Shown here: positions 9,802 through 19,925 of the stretch, piece after piece
Position numbering within the stretch: the first letter of the stretch is position 1
Layout: every line of letters begins with the position of its first letter
NCBI GenBank assembly: GCA_027487075.1
Contig: JAIYEG010000010.1
Location: 111,270-175,269, forward strand
Reading direction: 5' to 3'
Length of the DNA: 64,000 nt
Source of the DNA: a bacterium
Lineage (GTDB): Bacteria; Patescibacteriota; Minisyncoccia; Phycocordibacterales; CALRBL01
Notes under the pieces: model-generated
Told to the model about the DNA's origin: nothing
The model's input: the letters and a program-made list of their open reading frames with translations, nothing else
The model's database searches: none
Program-made: the position numbers and the translations under genes

Positions 9802-10497
9802 TTATTGCTTGTAAGCTGCAATCACTTCGTCAACGATGTAAGACACACTGCTAAGGGTAGCATCGTTAGCAACGATTGGGTAGTCTACTTTTGAGATATC
9901 ACAGTCTGAACCGCAGATAGCGATTACGGGGATGTTAAGAGCGAGGGCTTCTGCAAATGCATTGTGCTCACGCTTAGGGTCTACGATGAAGAGCGCGTCG
10001 GGAGCCTTGGTAAGTGATACGAGACCTGAGAAAAGAGTTTCGAGGCGTTCGATTTCGCGATCGATGAGAAGACGTTCTTTCTTAGTGTATTTGCCAAGCT
10101 CACCCTTCTCACGCTTTGAGGTAAGGTCGAGAAGTTTTTCAATACGCTTGCGGATTTCTCCGAAATTACTGATAGTTCCTCCCACCCATCGTCCTGCAAC
10201 ATATGGAAGATTGAGCGCTTCACCAGCCTTCTTGGTAGCTCGCTTTGCTTCACTCTTTCCTCCCACAAAAAGAATAGTCTTCTTTTCTGATGCAAGCTTC
10301 TTCACATACTCAAGTGCGTCATCGAGAAGAGGCTGTGTCTTTTCGAGGTTGAAAATTTCAACGCGATTCTTAACACCGAAAATAAATGGGCTCACTGTAG
10401 GGTGGCGGCGTGACTTGATAAAACCGAAATGAGCACCTGCTTTAAAGAGGGCTTCAATCTTAGGATTTTGCTTGGTTTGTTCGCTGTTTTTTGGCAT
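9802..10497 (-). CDS. rpsB: 30S ribosomal protein S2
   Basis: AGAHFG, RWVGGTISNF, PIVANDA. Confidence 0.97.
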   Translation of the reverse strand: MPKNSEQTKQNPKIEALFKAGAHFGFIKSRRHPTVSPFIFGVKNRVEIFNLEKTQPLLDDALEYVKKLASEKKTILFVGGKSEAKRATKKAGEALNLPYVAGRWVGGTISNFGEIRKRIEKLLDLTSKREKGELGKYTKKERLLIDREIERLETLFSGLVSLTKAPDALFIVDPKREHNAFAEALALNIPVIAICGSDCDISKVDYPIVANDATLSSVSYIVDEVIAAYKQ

Positions 10498-10516
10498 GTT
10501 CGGCTATACTACCAAA

Positions 10517-11470
10517 TTATTCGTTTTGCGCAACCTCTTCGGTACCAGGTTCCCCCTTATAGTTCAAGAGGCTCTCAATAATAGGGTCCATATAGCCAAG
10601 GAAGATTTTATCGATATTGTGCCAGCTCTCTCGGATACGGTGGTCGGTGATGCGGTCTTGGAGGATGTTATAGGTGCGGATTTTCTCCGAACGATCCCCC
10701 GTACCGATTTGATCCTTTCGATTCGCAGCAAATTTTTTCATTTCTTCCTCTTCTTTCATAGCTTCAAGCTTTGCTACAAGAATAGACATGGCTTTTTCAC
10801 GGTTTTTGAGCTGACTACGTTCTGAGGTCGAACGCACGTCGATACCGGTTGGCTTGTGGATAAGTCGTACCGCAGTTTCCACCTTGTTCACATTCTGCCC
10901 TCCTGCGCCACCCGAACGTGAGAATTCCATTTCAATATCTGCGGGGTTGATTTCGATTTTAGTCTTCTTGCGAAGTGGTAGAATCGCTACTGATGCAGTC
11001 GAGGTGTGTACGCGCCCCATTTTTTCAGTCGCGGGCACACGCTGCACACGGTGCACCCCTGTTTCAAATCGAAGTTTGTCATACACTCCTTCACCATCAA
11101 GCTGAAATGAGAGATCACTAATGGGAGTAATACGCCACCCCTGCATCCCTGCATATTTTTGATACATAAGCTCAAGATCGTGTGCAAATATGTTTGCTTC
11201 ATCTCCTCCAGCTCCCGCACGGATTTCGACGATAATCGATCGAGGCGATTCATTATCCGCCTCCTCATCCTTCTTCACAATATCCTCCATCTGTGTCCAC
11301 ACCATCTTCATCTGCTCCTCAATCTGAGCAGTTTCTTCTTTTGCGAGTTCTGCCATAGATGGATCACTTTCTACAAGTGCCACCGACTCCTCCTTCTGCT
11401 TCAAAAGCCGCTCGTATTCAGCAGCTAAAAAGCTCGTCTTATAGTTTTCCTTAAAATCCGAGAGTTCCAT
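10517..11470 (-). CDS. prfA: Peptide chain release factor 1
   Basis: [10 protein letters not shown] (PxT motif), [18 protein letters not shown]. Confidence 0.95.
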   Translation of the reverse strand: MELSDFKENYKTSFLAAEYERLLKQKEESVALVESDPSMAELAKEETAQIEEQMKMVWTQMEDIVKKDEEADNESPRSIIVEIRAGAGGDEANIFAHDLELMYQKYAGMQGWRITPISDLSFQLDGEGVYDKLRFETGVHRVQRVPATEKMGRVHTSTASVAILPLRKKTKIEINPADIEMEFSRSGGAGGQNVNKVETAVRLIHKPTGIDVRSTSERSQLKNREKAMSILVAKLEAMKEEEEMKKFAANRKDQIGTGDRSEKIRTYNILQDRITDHRIRESWHNIDKIFLGYMDPIIESLLNYKGEPGTEEVAQNE

Positions 11471-11494
11471 TGGGGTAGTATAGCAAAAAATAAA

Positions 11495-11605
11495 ATTTTC
11501 TTAGTTCTTACTCGTAAAAAACATTGCGGAGCCTCTGAGGCGAGCATAGGAACTTTTTAGCAAAAAAGTATCCGTGTTTTTGAAGAGTAACGAACCTAAG
11601 AAAAT
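11495..11605. repeat. Structured palindromic element, copy A
   Basis: Outer arms ATTTTCTTAGTTC-TTACTC / GAGTAACGAACCTAAGAAAAT around the core GCGAGCATAGG-AACTTTTTAGCAAAAAAGT-ATCCGTG. Confidence 0.8.
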
Positions 11606-11606
11606 C

Positions 11607-11816
11607 TTATTTCTTTGCAGCTGTCTTTCGAGCCTTGAACTTTTCTACGCGTCCTGCGGTATCGAGTACCTTTTCGTTGCCTGTATATACAGGGTGACAA
11701 TGACTGCAAATTTCGACATTAGTAGCCTGCTTTGTAGAGCCGATCTGATAGATGGCACCACACGCACAGGTAACAGTTGCGTCTTTATGATAAGTAGGAT
11801 GAATGTCTTTTTTCAT
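11607..11816 (-). CDS. rpmE: 50S ribosomal protein L31 (Zn-binding type)
   Basis: MKKDIHP, CACG, CSHCHP.YTG, GRVEKF. Confidence 0.97.
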   Translation of the reverse strand: MKKDIHPTYHKDATVTCACGAIYQIGSTKQATNVEICSHCHPVYTGNEKVLDTAGRVEKFKARKTAAKK

Positions 11817-11838
11817 GTCGAGTTAGCCTATCAAACTA

Positions 11839-13176
11839 TCACTGATTTTGCAAGAAATCGATATCTGATTGGAATCCATTGGCCAGCGCAAGCACGCTAT
11901 TGGCATACCCTAAGCCATGCGTTGCCCAGCCCCCTCCAGCATAGTATCTACCAGCCGCCTCCCGCTCTGCACTATAGCCACCCTTCGATGCTCCAAGATC
12001 TGCCAAGAACAAAGCAGTGGCAGTAAAGGCATGTTCAGCGTTCCAAGGGTTTGCCTGAGAAACACCAAGAGCTGCCGCCACTCGTTTTTCGTAGCTAACC
12101 CACGTAGAAGGAATAAACTGAGAAGGACCCATGGCTCCTCCGAAGCCAATCGACTGAGGACATGAGACCACGGTGGTGTAGGGATCAAGTCCGAGGCGCT
12201 TGGTAACATCAAGAAATGGCACCACATCACGATCAGGCTTCATTACCTTCGCAAATGGCGTACCTGTATTTTTTCCCTTACCTGCTCCCGTGGTTGGATC
12301 GGTAAGATAACATTGCCCAACGTTTGCACCAAGATTAGTCTCCTGCTTCAAGATACCGAGAATAAATGCAGCACGCACACCTGTTGCTTGTGAGGCTTCA
12401 GTTGCAAAACGGAGCGCGTCTTCGAATTTGATGGGGCCAGAATTGATGAGAGGAAAGAGTCGATTTCTAATGGAAGCAGCTTTTGCTTGCTGCTGAGCAA
12501 TAAGATTTTGGTATGATTTCTGATCTTGTTGATTGAGACTAAGAAGACGCTTCTTTTCGGCTTCAGCCGCCTTGATTTTTTTCTGCTCATTCTCAACGTT
12601 TACTTTGGTATCAATTTCTTGATCACGTTTCTCACTCAAATCAATTTTCTGTTTCTCGGTATCTGCTTTAGCCTCTTTTACATCTGAAAGCACTGAATGA
12701 AGCGATTCCTGCACCGTCGCTAACACATCAAAATCCTGAAAGAAATCGGCAAAATTACGCTTTGCGAGAAATGCCTCAGCAATCGAATAAGAATCAAGTT
12801 TATTAGTTTTATTCAAAATATCAGCCAGCGCCTGTTTGTCTTCAGCAATACGTGTGTCTAGATTCTTAATAGTACTCACCTTCACCGTAATATCTTTTCC
12901 AAGCTTATCGATTGCAATATTGTGCGCCTTAATCTTAAGCTGTGCACCCTTAATCTGCGCATCGAGAATGGCAATATCTCGCGCAATTGACTGTCCTTCG
13001 GTCTTCTTCTGATTAAGAATTCCCTGTTGTTCTTTGATCTGTCGCTCTATATCTGCCAACTCCTTCTCAAGAGCCTGTCGTTCTTCTGGGGTGAGGTCCT
13101 GCTGGGCTTTTACCATCGGTGTCACCACAAAAAATGCCAATACGAATATAAGAATACATGTAAAAACTTTTCGCAT
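11839..13176 (-). CDS. Secreted coiled-coil protein with C-terminal lytic transglycosylase (MltB/SLT-like) domain
   Basis: Signal peptide, long PcsB/CwlO-like coiled coil, QETNLG and GAMGPSQFIPSTW motifs. Confidence 0.85.
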   Translation of the reverse strand: MRKVFTCILIFVLAFFVVTPMVKAQQDLTPEERQALEKELADIERQIKEQQGILNQKKTEGQSIARDIAILDAQIKGAQLKIKAHNIAIDKLGKDITVKVSTIKNLDTRIAEDKQALADILNKTNKLDSYSIAEAFLAKRNFADFFQDFDVLATVQESLHSVLSDVKEAKADTEKQKIDLSEKRDQEIDTKVNVENEQKKIKAAEAEKKRLLSLNQQDQKSYQNLIAQQQAKAASIRNRLFPLINSGPIKFEDALRFATEASQATGVRAAFILGILKQETNLGANVGQCYLTDPTTGAGKGKNTGTPFAKVMKPDRDVVPFLDVTKRLGLDPYTTVVSCPQSIGFGGAMGPSQFIPSTWVSYEKRVAAALGVSQANPWNAEHAFTATALFLADLGASKGGYSAEREAAGRYYAGGGWATHGLGYANSVLALANGFQSDIDFLQNQ

Positions 13177-13193
13177 TCTTCCAGTATACCAGA

Positions 13194-13384
13194 AAAAAAG
13201 GGACAGGCACCTTTTTCTACGAGACAGAGAAACATATAATCGTCAGTGTCCTGAAAGGAGCCTTGTGAGGCTCGACGGAGCGAGCACGAGGAATTTTCTA
13301 GTAAGAAAATATCCGTGCTCCTGTAAGGACACTGACGATTATGTGGTGATCTGCTTCACGAAAAAAGGTGCCTGTCCCTTTTTT
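13194..13384. repeat. Structured palindromic element, copy B, with GGGACAGGCACC terminal inverted repeats
   Basis: AAAGGGACAGGCACCTTTTT ... AAAAAGGTGCCTGTCCCTTT; inner stem CGTCAGTGTCCT/AGGACACTGACG; core GCGAGCACGAGG-AATTTTCTAGTAAGAAAAT-ATCCGTG. Confidence 0.88.
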
Positions 13385-14024
13385 ATTCTGTTGGAGCGTC
13401 TTCCTCTTCCTTCTTACCCTTCTTTTCTGAGATTTCGATAGCTGAGATATCAACTGGAGCTGATTCTTCAACTTCTTCCTTAGCCTCAGATACGAGTGCT
13501 ACTACTTCTTCAGGGTCAGTAACGAGGGTTACACCTGATGGAAGCTTAATGTCTTTTGCGAGGATCTGTGAGTCAAACGTAACAAGTGAATCAATAGAAA
13601 CGGTAAGATCGTGTGGAAGATCGGTAGGCTTTGCCTCGATTTCGATTTCGTGAAGCACCTTAGTAAGAGTACCTCCGAGTTCCTTTACCGCAGGAGCTGA
13701 ACCCTCGAATACAAGAGGAACACTCACCTGTACTTTCTTACCCTTTTCTACCACGTAGAAGTCTGCATGGCGTACTTTACCTGATACAGGGTCTACATCT
13801 ACTTCGTGAATAAGTGCGTCGTGGGTCTCTCCTTCTACTTCAAGAGCGATGATTGATGATTCTCCGGCCTTTCGCCATGCTTTTACGAATTCTACTTCGT
13901 TAAGACGGATAGGTGTTGAGGCTTCTTTGGGCCCGTAGAATACTGCAGGCATATTGCCCTCCTTGCGAATTACAGGAAGTTTCTCGGTACGTGCGCGTTT
14001 TGCGGCTTTGAGGTTAATAGTCAT
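13383..14024 (-). CDS. rplY: 50S ribosomal protein L25/Ctc
   Basis: PAVFYG, HADFY, TL5/Ctc C-terminal domain. Start set at MTINLK. Confidence 0.93.
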   Translation of the reverse strand: MTINLKAAKRARTEKLPVIRKEGNMPAVFYGPKEASTPIRLNEVEFVKAWRKAGESSIIALEVEGETHDALIHEVDVDPVSGKVRHADFYVVEKGKKVQVSVPLVFEGSAPAVKELGGTLTKVLHEIEIEAKPTDLPHDLTVSIDSLVTFDSQILAKDIKLPSGVTLVTDPEEVVALVSEAKEEVEESAPVDISAIEISEKKGKKEEEDAPTE

Positions 14025-14070
14025 ATGTCGGGATACTATAGCGGGAGATAAGGAAAAAATCAAGAGACTA

Positions 14071-14934
14071 TTAGGCAAGTCCGTTAAACAGCTTCAATCG
14101 CTCCTCAACCACCGCCTGCATCGCCTCCTTCGCTTCCTTCATATACTTGTATGGTGCAACTTCATCCGGATTTGCTTCAAGGGTCTTTCGGAGAGCCTCA
14201 CCCATGGCACGACGGAGCTCGGTAGAGATGTGAATAATCGCCATACCATTCTTGGCTGCAGCCACGAAGTCCTCATCGGGGATACCAGAACCACCGTGGA
14301 GCACGAGAGGTACCTTAGTAGCATCAGAAATCGCCTTCACACGATCAATATGAATGTGAGGGTTCGGACCGCTACGTGCCATACCATGAATGTTTCCAAC
14401 TGCAGGAGCAAACAGATCAATTCCTGTTGCTTCTACGAACCGCACTGCGTCTTCTGCTGAGGTGAGTTGGCTATCGTCCTGCGCCGCACCGTCCGGAATC
14501 TTGTCCCACACCTTCGATGATGACCCAATGAAGCCGAATTCTGCCTCAATGAGAATTTCAGGATTCACGCTCTTTGCATAGTCCACGCATTGCTTGGTCA
14601 CTTTCACGTTTTCTTCATACGGGAGCTTGGCACAATCGATGATCACCGAATCATATCCGGCGTCCACTACCTCTTTTACACGTTCAAACGAATAGGTGTG
14701 ATCAGCATTGAGAAATACCTTCACTCCCTGAGCTTTCTGCATATCCACGAGAGCTTTGATTTCTTTTACTCCCATCCAATCGCGCTCCCCTTCAGAAACA
14801 CCGATGATGACAGGAACATCAAGTTTTTTTGAAGCATTGATCACCGCCCAAAACCCTTCAATGTTTGAAATATTAAAATGTCCGATAGCAACCCCTCGTT
14901 TCAGTGCATCCGCAATCGTTTCTTTGTATGTCAT
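14071..14934 (-). CDS. fba: Class II fructose-bisphosphate aldolase
   Basis: ADH, EAEFG, GNIHG, LVLHGGSG. Start set at MTYKET. Confidence 0.93.
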   Translation of the reverse strand: MTYKETIADALKRGVAIGHFNISNIEGFWAVINASKKLDVPVIIGVSEGERDWMGVKEIKALVDMQKAQGVKVFLNADHTYSFERVKEVVDAGYDSVIIDCAKLPYEENVKVTKQCVDYAKSVNPEILIEAEFGFIGSSSKVWDKIPDGAAQDDSQLTSAEDAVRFVEATGIDLFAPAVGNIHGMARSGPNPHIHIDRVKAISDATKVPLVLHGGSGIPDEDFVAAAKNGMAIIHISTELRRAMGEALRKTLEANPDEVAPYKYMKEAKEAMQAVVEERLKLFNGLA

Positions 14935-14951
14935 ATCTAAATTGTAACAAA

Positions 14952-14994
14952 AATAATAGGGACAGGCACCTTTTGTGTGCCTGTCCCTATTATT
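14952..14994. repeat. REP-like doublet: TIR-only form of the element in copies B and F
   Basis: Perfect 18-bp inverted repeat AATAATAGGGACAGGCAC / GTGCCTGTCCCTATTATT with a 7-nt loop. Confidence 0.85.
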
Positions 14995-15032
14995 GATTGC
15001 TATTAAAAACGCCACGTACTAAAATATAGGTA

Positions 15033-15254
15033 ATGAAAATAAAAATTGGTGGAACATATCGGCATTACAAGGACAACTTATATAAAGTCATTGCACTTGC
15101 AAAAGATAGCGGCACCCTTCAGGACATCGTTGTGTACGAAGCACTCTACCCCAACCCGCTTTCACGTGTCTGGATTCGACCTTATTCTGAATGGACCGAA
15201 GAAGTTACCACCTCAAAAGGCGAGAAAGTTGCTCGATTTATTCTTGAGGAATAA
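15033..15254 (+). CDS. DUF1653 domain protein
   Basis: GTYRHYK..YKV.....S.T....VVYEALY.....WIRP..EW.E signature. Confidence 0.9.
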   Translation: MKIKIGGTYRHYKDNLYKVIALAKDSGTLQDIVVYEALYPNPLSRVWIRPYSEWTEEVTTSKGEKVARFILEE

Positions 15255-15266
15255 CTAACCGTTTTT

Positions 15267-16262
15267 TTAGATCTCTTTTGCTACAAAACTAGCAGGTGCC
15301 TTGGCGATGTATTCAAGGAGCTTTTCTTGTGTAAGGAGTCCTTCCTGTGCTCCTACGTACTGCACCACCGACATTGAATTGATTGATCCCCATGCAAGCG
15401 CTTCAGGGATTGTTTTTCCAAGTGATCGAGCTGAAGTAAAGGTTGAAGCAAAGGCATCGCCGGCACCAGTTCGTTCGTATGGCTCTTTTGGATCAGGATA
15501 TGGGGGCATAAACCACGCTTTATTGTTTTCTTTATCAAATGCATAGGCGCCGTTTGGACCATCAGTAACCACCACCGTCTTAGGACCAAGCTCACTGAGC
15601 TTTTGCATGAGCTTCTTAACATCTTTCTCCTCAGTACCCAAAATACGCTGTGCTTCTTCTACATTACAGAAAAAGATCGTTGCGTGATGATACATACCAG
15701 CAAGCGCATCGACACCAAGCGACATTTGAAATGTTCCTGGTTGGAAAGCAAGTTGCACTTCAGGATGCGCATCAAGGTACGCCTCAAGTGATTTGTGAAA
15801 TGGGAGCGATGTTTTTGAAAGTGACGAAAGATATATCCATTTTGGTGAGCCCACATCAGGAAGCTCATACGGATAATCTTCATGCTTAATAAGAATGGTG
15901 CGCTCATTATGGAACCAAAGCACGTAGTGATAGTTGGTTTTCTTGCCCTCATGCACTTTCACAAAATCAGTGTGCACACCATTTTGTTTAAAGGTCTCAA
16001 GACAATCCTTTCCGTAGTCATCACCTCCAACGTTTGAAAGAAGGAATGAACGGAGACCAAGTCGAGCGGCAGACACCGCAGCATTTGGACTGTTTCCTAC
16101 CGCTGAGAGCACGGTTGCAAATTCAAATGGAATTTTATCTCCGAAGGTCATGCAGAGCTGTCGTGTTTTGTGATCTGCGCTGAAAGTATCCTCTGCTTGT
16201 GACAACCTGATAAATGCATCGACGACGGTATCGCCAATCGCAAGAAAATCTATATGGTGCAT
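15267..16262 (-). CDS. PfkB-family carbohydrate kinase
   Basis: GNSPNAAV..ARLG, VTDGPNG, RTGAGDAF. Confidence 0.92.
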   Translation of the reverse strand: MHHIDFLAIGDTVVDAFIRLSQAEDTFSADHKTRQLCMTFGDKIPFEFATVLSAVGNSPNAAVSAARLGLRSFLLSNVGGDDYGKDCLETFKQNGVHTDFVKVHEGKKTNYHYVLWFHNERTILIKHEDYPYELPDVGSPKWIYLSSLSKTSLPFHKSLEAYLDAHPEVQLAFQPGTFQMSLGVDALAGMYHHATIFFCNVEEAQRILGTEEKDVKKLMQKLSELGPKTVVVTDGPNGAYAFDKENNKAWFMPPYPDPKEPYERTGAGDAFASTFTSARSLGKTIPEALAWGSINSMSVVQYVGAQEGLLTQEKLLEYIAKAPASFVAKEI

Positions 16263-16271
16263 ATGTATCTA

Positions 16272-17258
16272 CTATAGCAACTTTTTGACTGCAGCGACAA
16301 CGTCTTTTTCCCCCATCCCATAATATTCAATGAGTTCTGCTGGAGTTCCTGATTGACCGAACTTATCATGCACACCAAGACGCATCACCTGAGTTGGATG
16401 TTGTTCTGAAAGCACTTCACACACTACACTTCCAAGACCACCTGCGATCTGATGTTCTTCGAGTGTTACAATTTTTCCGGTTTTCTGTGCAAGTGTGACG
16501 ACCGCTTCTGTATCAAGTGGTTTGATCGTGACAACATTAAGTACCTCAACAGCAATTCCCTCTTCTTCGAGTGTTTGTGCCGCACAAAGCGCTTTATGTA
16601 CGAGTGCCCCCGTTGCAATAATTCCCACCTTCGGCTTGTCATCTTTTGCTACCCAATACGTGTATGCTTTACCGATTTCAAATGGGGTATCATCAGTGGT
16701 GATGAGAGGTGTTTTTTCGCGTGCAAGACGGATGTAGGTAGGAGTTTTAGTGCGCGAAGCCGCAAGCGTTGCCTTACGAGCTTGTATGGCATCACATGGC
16801 GAAATAACCTCCATATTAGGAATTACACGCGTGATAGCAATATCTTCGATTGCTTGATGAGTTCCCCCATCTGGCCCAACCGAAACACCGGCGTGCGAAC
16901 CAGCGATTTTTACTGGAACATCGTTGTAACAAATAGTAGTGCGAATCTGTTCCCAATTCCGCCCAGGAGAAAACATCGCATATGACGCAATAAATGGAAT
17001 CTTGCCCATATGTGCCATACCCGCAGCAACTGAAGCCATATTTTGCTCACCAATACCGATTTCATAAAAACGTTCTGGAAATTCTTTTTTGAATGCATCT
17101 ACTTTTGCCGACTCGGTAAGGTCAGCAACAAGCGCGACCACTTGTGAATTTTCTTTTCCGGCTTCGACGAGCCCTTCGCCGAATCCTTGGCGGATAGGAA
17201 TCTGGTTTACTTCTGGTGAAAAGATATCGGAATTGAGTTTGAGATGTTTGTTAATCAT
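16272..17258 (-). CDS. Transketolase, C-terminal subunit
   Basis: GIGEQNM, GPDGGTHQ, EEHQ..GGLGS. Confidence 0.93.
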   Translation of the reverse strand: MINKHLKLNSDIFSPEVNQIPIRQGFGEGLVEAGKENSQVVALVADLTESAKVDAFKKEFPERFYEIGIGEQNMASVAAGMAHMGKIPFIASYAMFSPGRNWEQIRTTICYNDVPVKIAGSHAGVSVGPDGGTHQAIEDIAITRVIPNMEVISPCDAIQARKATLAASRTKTPTYIRLAREKTPLITTDDTPFEIGKAYTYWVAKDDKPKVGIIATGALVHKALCAAQTLEEEGIAVEVLNVVTIKPLDTEAVVTLAQKTGKIVTLEEHQIAGGLGSVVCEVLSEQHPTQVMRLGVHDKFGQSGTPAELIEYYGMGEKDVVAAVKKLL

Positions 17259-18088
17259 ATACGTGATTGTAATTCCTTTAGCGCCGCTTCACCCTGCTCT
17301 TTATTTGGAGGATTACCATGCCAGTAAGGCTTGTTTTCAAATTCTTTCACTCCCTTTCCTGGGGTGTTGTATGAAAGAATCACGATTGGCTGGGAGCGAA
17401 TTGCTTTTGCTTCTTCGACGATCGAAATAATTTCTTCAAAGTTATGACCATTGATTTCGAATACTTTCCAATTGAATGATGCCCATTTTTCGTAGAGCGA
17501 CTCAAGTGGCATCACATCTTCAGTGAAGCCATCGATCTGAATATGATTACGATCTACGACAGCAATAAGGTTGCCGAGCTGCTCCTTACCAGCCAGCATC
17601 ATTGCTTCCCAGTTTTGACCTTCATTGAGTTCACCATCACCAAGAAAACAATACACAAAACGATCATCCTGCTTATCTGCACGAAGTGCGAGGGTCATAC
17701 CCACCGCTTGTGAAAGCCCCGAACCCAGTGGACCAGAACTTGTTTCGAGTGCAGGCAGGAACTCTCTATGAGGATGACCCTGAAGTATCGAACCAAACTT
17801 GCGAAGCGTCATAAGCGTATCAAGAGGGAAATATCCCGCATGCGCCATCGACGCATAGAGTACGGGACAAATGTGACCATTTGAGAGCACCACGAGATCA
17901 CGCTCATTCCAATCAGGACGCTTTGGGTCGTGTTTGAGAATATGAAAATAAAATGCAGCAAAGATGTCTGCCATACCAAGAGGTCCTGCGGTGTGTCCTG
18001 ACTTTGCCTCTACCAGCATGCGAATTATCGACTGGCGGATATCATTCGCCTTCTTTGCAAGCACGTTCACTTCTTCGTCGGTAATCAT
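17255..18088 (-). CDS. Transketolase, N-terminal subunit
   Basis: SGH, LSNGH, LQGHP, GDGE TPP-binding motif, WHG. Confidence 0.93.
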   Translation of the reverse strand: MITDEEVNVLAKKANDIRQSIIRMLVEAKSGHTAGPLGMADIFAAFYFHILKHDPKRPDWNERDLVVLSNGHICPVLYASMAHAGYFPLDTLMTLRKFGSILQGHPHREFLPALETSSGPLGSGLSQAVGMTLALRADKQDDRFVYCFLGDGELNEGQNWEAMMLAGKEQLGNLIAVVDRNHIQIDGFTEDVMPLESLYEKWASFNWKVFEINGHNFEEIISIVEEAKAIRSQPIVILSYNTPGKGVKEFENKPYWHGNPPNKEQGEAALKELQSRI

Positions 18089-18100
18089 GAAGCAATTGTA

Positions 18101-18388
18101 TCAGGAATTCTCTAATGCGATAAGGCGACGCTCGACATCACCAAAGACTTTTTCTCCCAAAAAGACAATTGACTCACGAGAAAATGCAAGTGATTTGTCG
18201 AGCTTTTCTTCCATTCGCACCATTTCTGACTCAAGAATATCTAATCTATGTTCAACTCTATCCAGCCTCTCATTCACTTTGACTAAACTCATCAACACAA
18301 CATTCATGTTTTCGGTAAGAATGTTTATCTTTTGATCGATGTGTGCAAGGGTGATATCCATAAAATATACGTTAATACTAATGCTCAT
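18101..18388 (-). CDS. Hypothetical small coiled-coil protein
   Basis: Heptad pattern (RLDRVEHRLDILE); fills the gap between tkt and rpe. Start may be 18361. Confidence 0.6.
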   Translation of the reverse strand: MSISINVYFMDITLAHIDQKINILTENMNVVLMSLVKVNERLDRVEHRLDILESEMVRMEEKLDKSLAFSRESIVFLGEKVFGDVERRLIALENS

Positions 18389-18462
18389 ATACTACTCATG
18401 CAACATAAAATTCACGTAAACAATCAATCAAATACACATCAACATCGTCGTCAAATTTGTAC

Positions 18463-19137
18463 CTAGGACAAAGACTCAAAATAGCTCACCGCTTCAGCAA
18501 CATCGACATCTCCAAAGATTGCCGAACCGATGACAAGTCTATCCACTCCTGCATTAACAAGAGATTGTGCAGTATCCTCATTCACTCCCCCATCAACACT
18601 CACAGGAAGGTCGGGGTACTTTGCTTTAACATCTTTCACGCGCTTAAGCACGCGTTCATCAAATGGCTGTCCCTGAAATCCAATACGCTCAATCCCCATA
18701 AGCTGCACCGCGTCGATGCGAGACCGGTACTTCTCCAGTACTTCAAGTGAATCTCCGATATGAAGCGCCAACCCCACCTCAACCCCTCTCTCTTTTGTCT
18801 TGTCCATGAGTCCAAGAAGCGTTGCGGCCTCTTGCTCACGATAATGAAAGATAATGCGTGAAGATCCTGCATCGATCCACTGCTCGTAGTCATGCGCTGG
18901 ATTAAGGACCATAAGATCAATTTCAAAATCAAAATCTTCCCACATCGGAAGACCACGTTCTTGTGCGAGAATTTCTTTAAACTCTATATCGCCACCAATA
19001 TATGGCCACGAAGGAGAACCCGTGAGTCGCCCATCACAAACATCGATCTGCACTGAGCGTGTCAAACCTCGCACCATCACAAGCTTGCTTTCAAGATCCT
19101 CGAAGTCAGTGGGAATAATTGCAGGATGAATAATCAT
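18463..19137 (-). CDS. rpe: Ribulose-phosphate 3-epimerase (divergent)
   Basis: QIDVCDG, GFQGQPF, SVDGGV, IGSAIF; PPP gene cluster. Start set at MIIHPA. Confidence 0.85.
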   Translation of the reverse strand: MIIHPAIIPTDFEDLESKLVMVRGLTRSVQIDVCDGRLTGSPSWPYIGGDIEFKEILAQERGLPMWEDFDFEIDLMVLNPAHDYEQWIDAGSSRIIFHYREQEAATLLGLMDKTKERGVEVGLALHIGDSLEVLEKYRSRIDAVQLMGIERIGFQGQPFDERVLKRVKDVKAKYPDLPVSVDGGVNEDTAQSLVNAGVDRLVIGSAIFGDVDVAEAVSYFESLS

Positions 19138-19147
19138 ATGAACAGAG

Positions 19148-19606
19148 TTACTGGTGATCAATATCTTTATTTCGCCTTGCATGGCGACCCTCTTCGCTGA
19201 ACGAGAATGCGAGCCACAGATCTACTGCTTGCTTTGCTTGGTCTTCAGTGAGGAAGCGGGCACCAAGAGAAAGAACGTTAGCGTCGTTGTGTTCTCGAGA
19301 AAGCTGAAGAATCTTTACATCACCTCCGTAATACACCGTCGCGCGAATACCCGCATGACGATTTGCCACCATCGCTTCACCTTGTCCTGAACCTCCAAGA
19401 ATAATCGCTTTTGACTCATGTAACCCTTGCTTCATATCAGCAGTAAGGCGTTCAATCGCTTTTGGAATAAGCTTCGTATAGTCATCGCGCTCGTCAAATA
19501 CTTCTGGACCACAATCAACCGCATTGATTCCCTGTGCGGTGAGATGTGCGACAAGTGTATTCTTGAGTTCGAACCCGGCGTGATCTGATGCAAGATAAAT
19601 ATTCAT
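19148..19606 (-). CDS. rpiB: Ribose-5-phosphate isomerase B
   Basis: ASDHAG, GGSGQGE, REHNDANVL, GRH.RR. Confidence 0.93.
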   Translation of the reverse strand: MNIYLASDHAGFELKNTLVAHLTAQGINAVDCGPEVFDERDDYTKLIPKAIERLTADMKQGLHESKAIILGGSGQGEAMVANRHAGIRATVYYGGDVKILQLSREHNDANVLSLGARFLTEDQAKQAVDLWLAFSFSEEGRHARRNKDIDHQ

Positions 19607-19607
19607 A

Positions 19608-19916
19608 TTATGATGTTTTTTCTCCTTTCATGATAATGCGTTTTTCAAAACCTCCTCGTTCTGCTCGCTTTTTAAGTCGAATCGCTTCTACGTCACCGTA
19701 CTCAGGAAGCTCAAGTAGTGCTTTCACTACCTCAATGACATCAGCCAATTCTTCAGGACTTCCCGCTTCCTGAAATTCAGCAATTTCCTCACCAAGCTTT
19801 TCGATAAGTCGTGCTTTGAATTCTTCTTGATCTGCGGTGTGCTTCTCGTAGGGAACCTTCTTCTCATCAAGAAGTGATGGGATATTGTCTCTGACAAGCT
19901 TATCGTATCTTTCCAT
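19608..19916 (-). CDS. MazG-like/PRA-PH nucleoside triphosphate pyrophosphohydrolase
   Basis: YDKLVRD.IP, KL.EE..E, EELAD..EV, KR.ERGGF. Confidence 0.88.
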   Translation of the reverse strand: MERYDKLVRDNIPSLLDEKKVPYEKHTADQEEFKARLIEKLGEEIAEFQEAGSPEELADVIEVVKALLELPEYGDVEAIRLKKRAERGGFEKRIIMKGEKTS

Positions 19917-19925
19917 TTGTATAGA

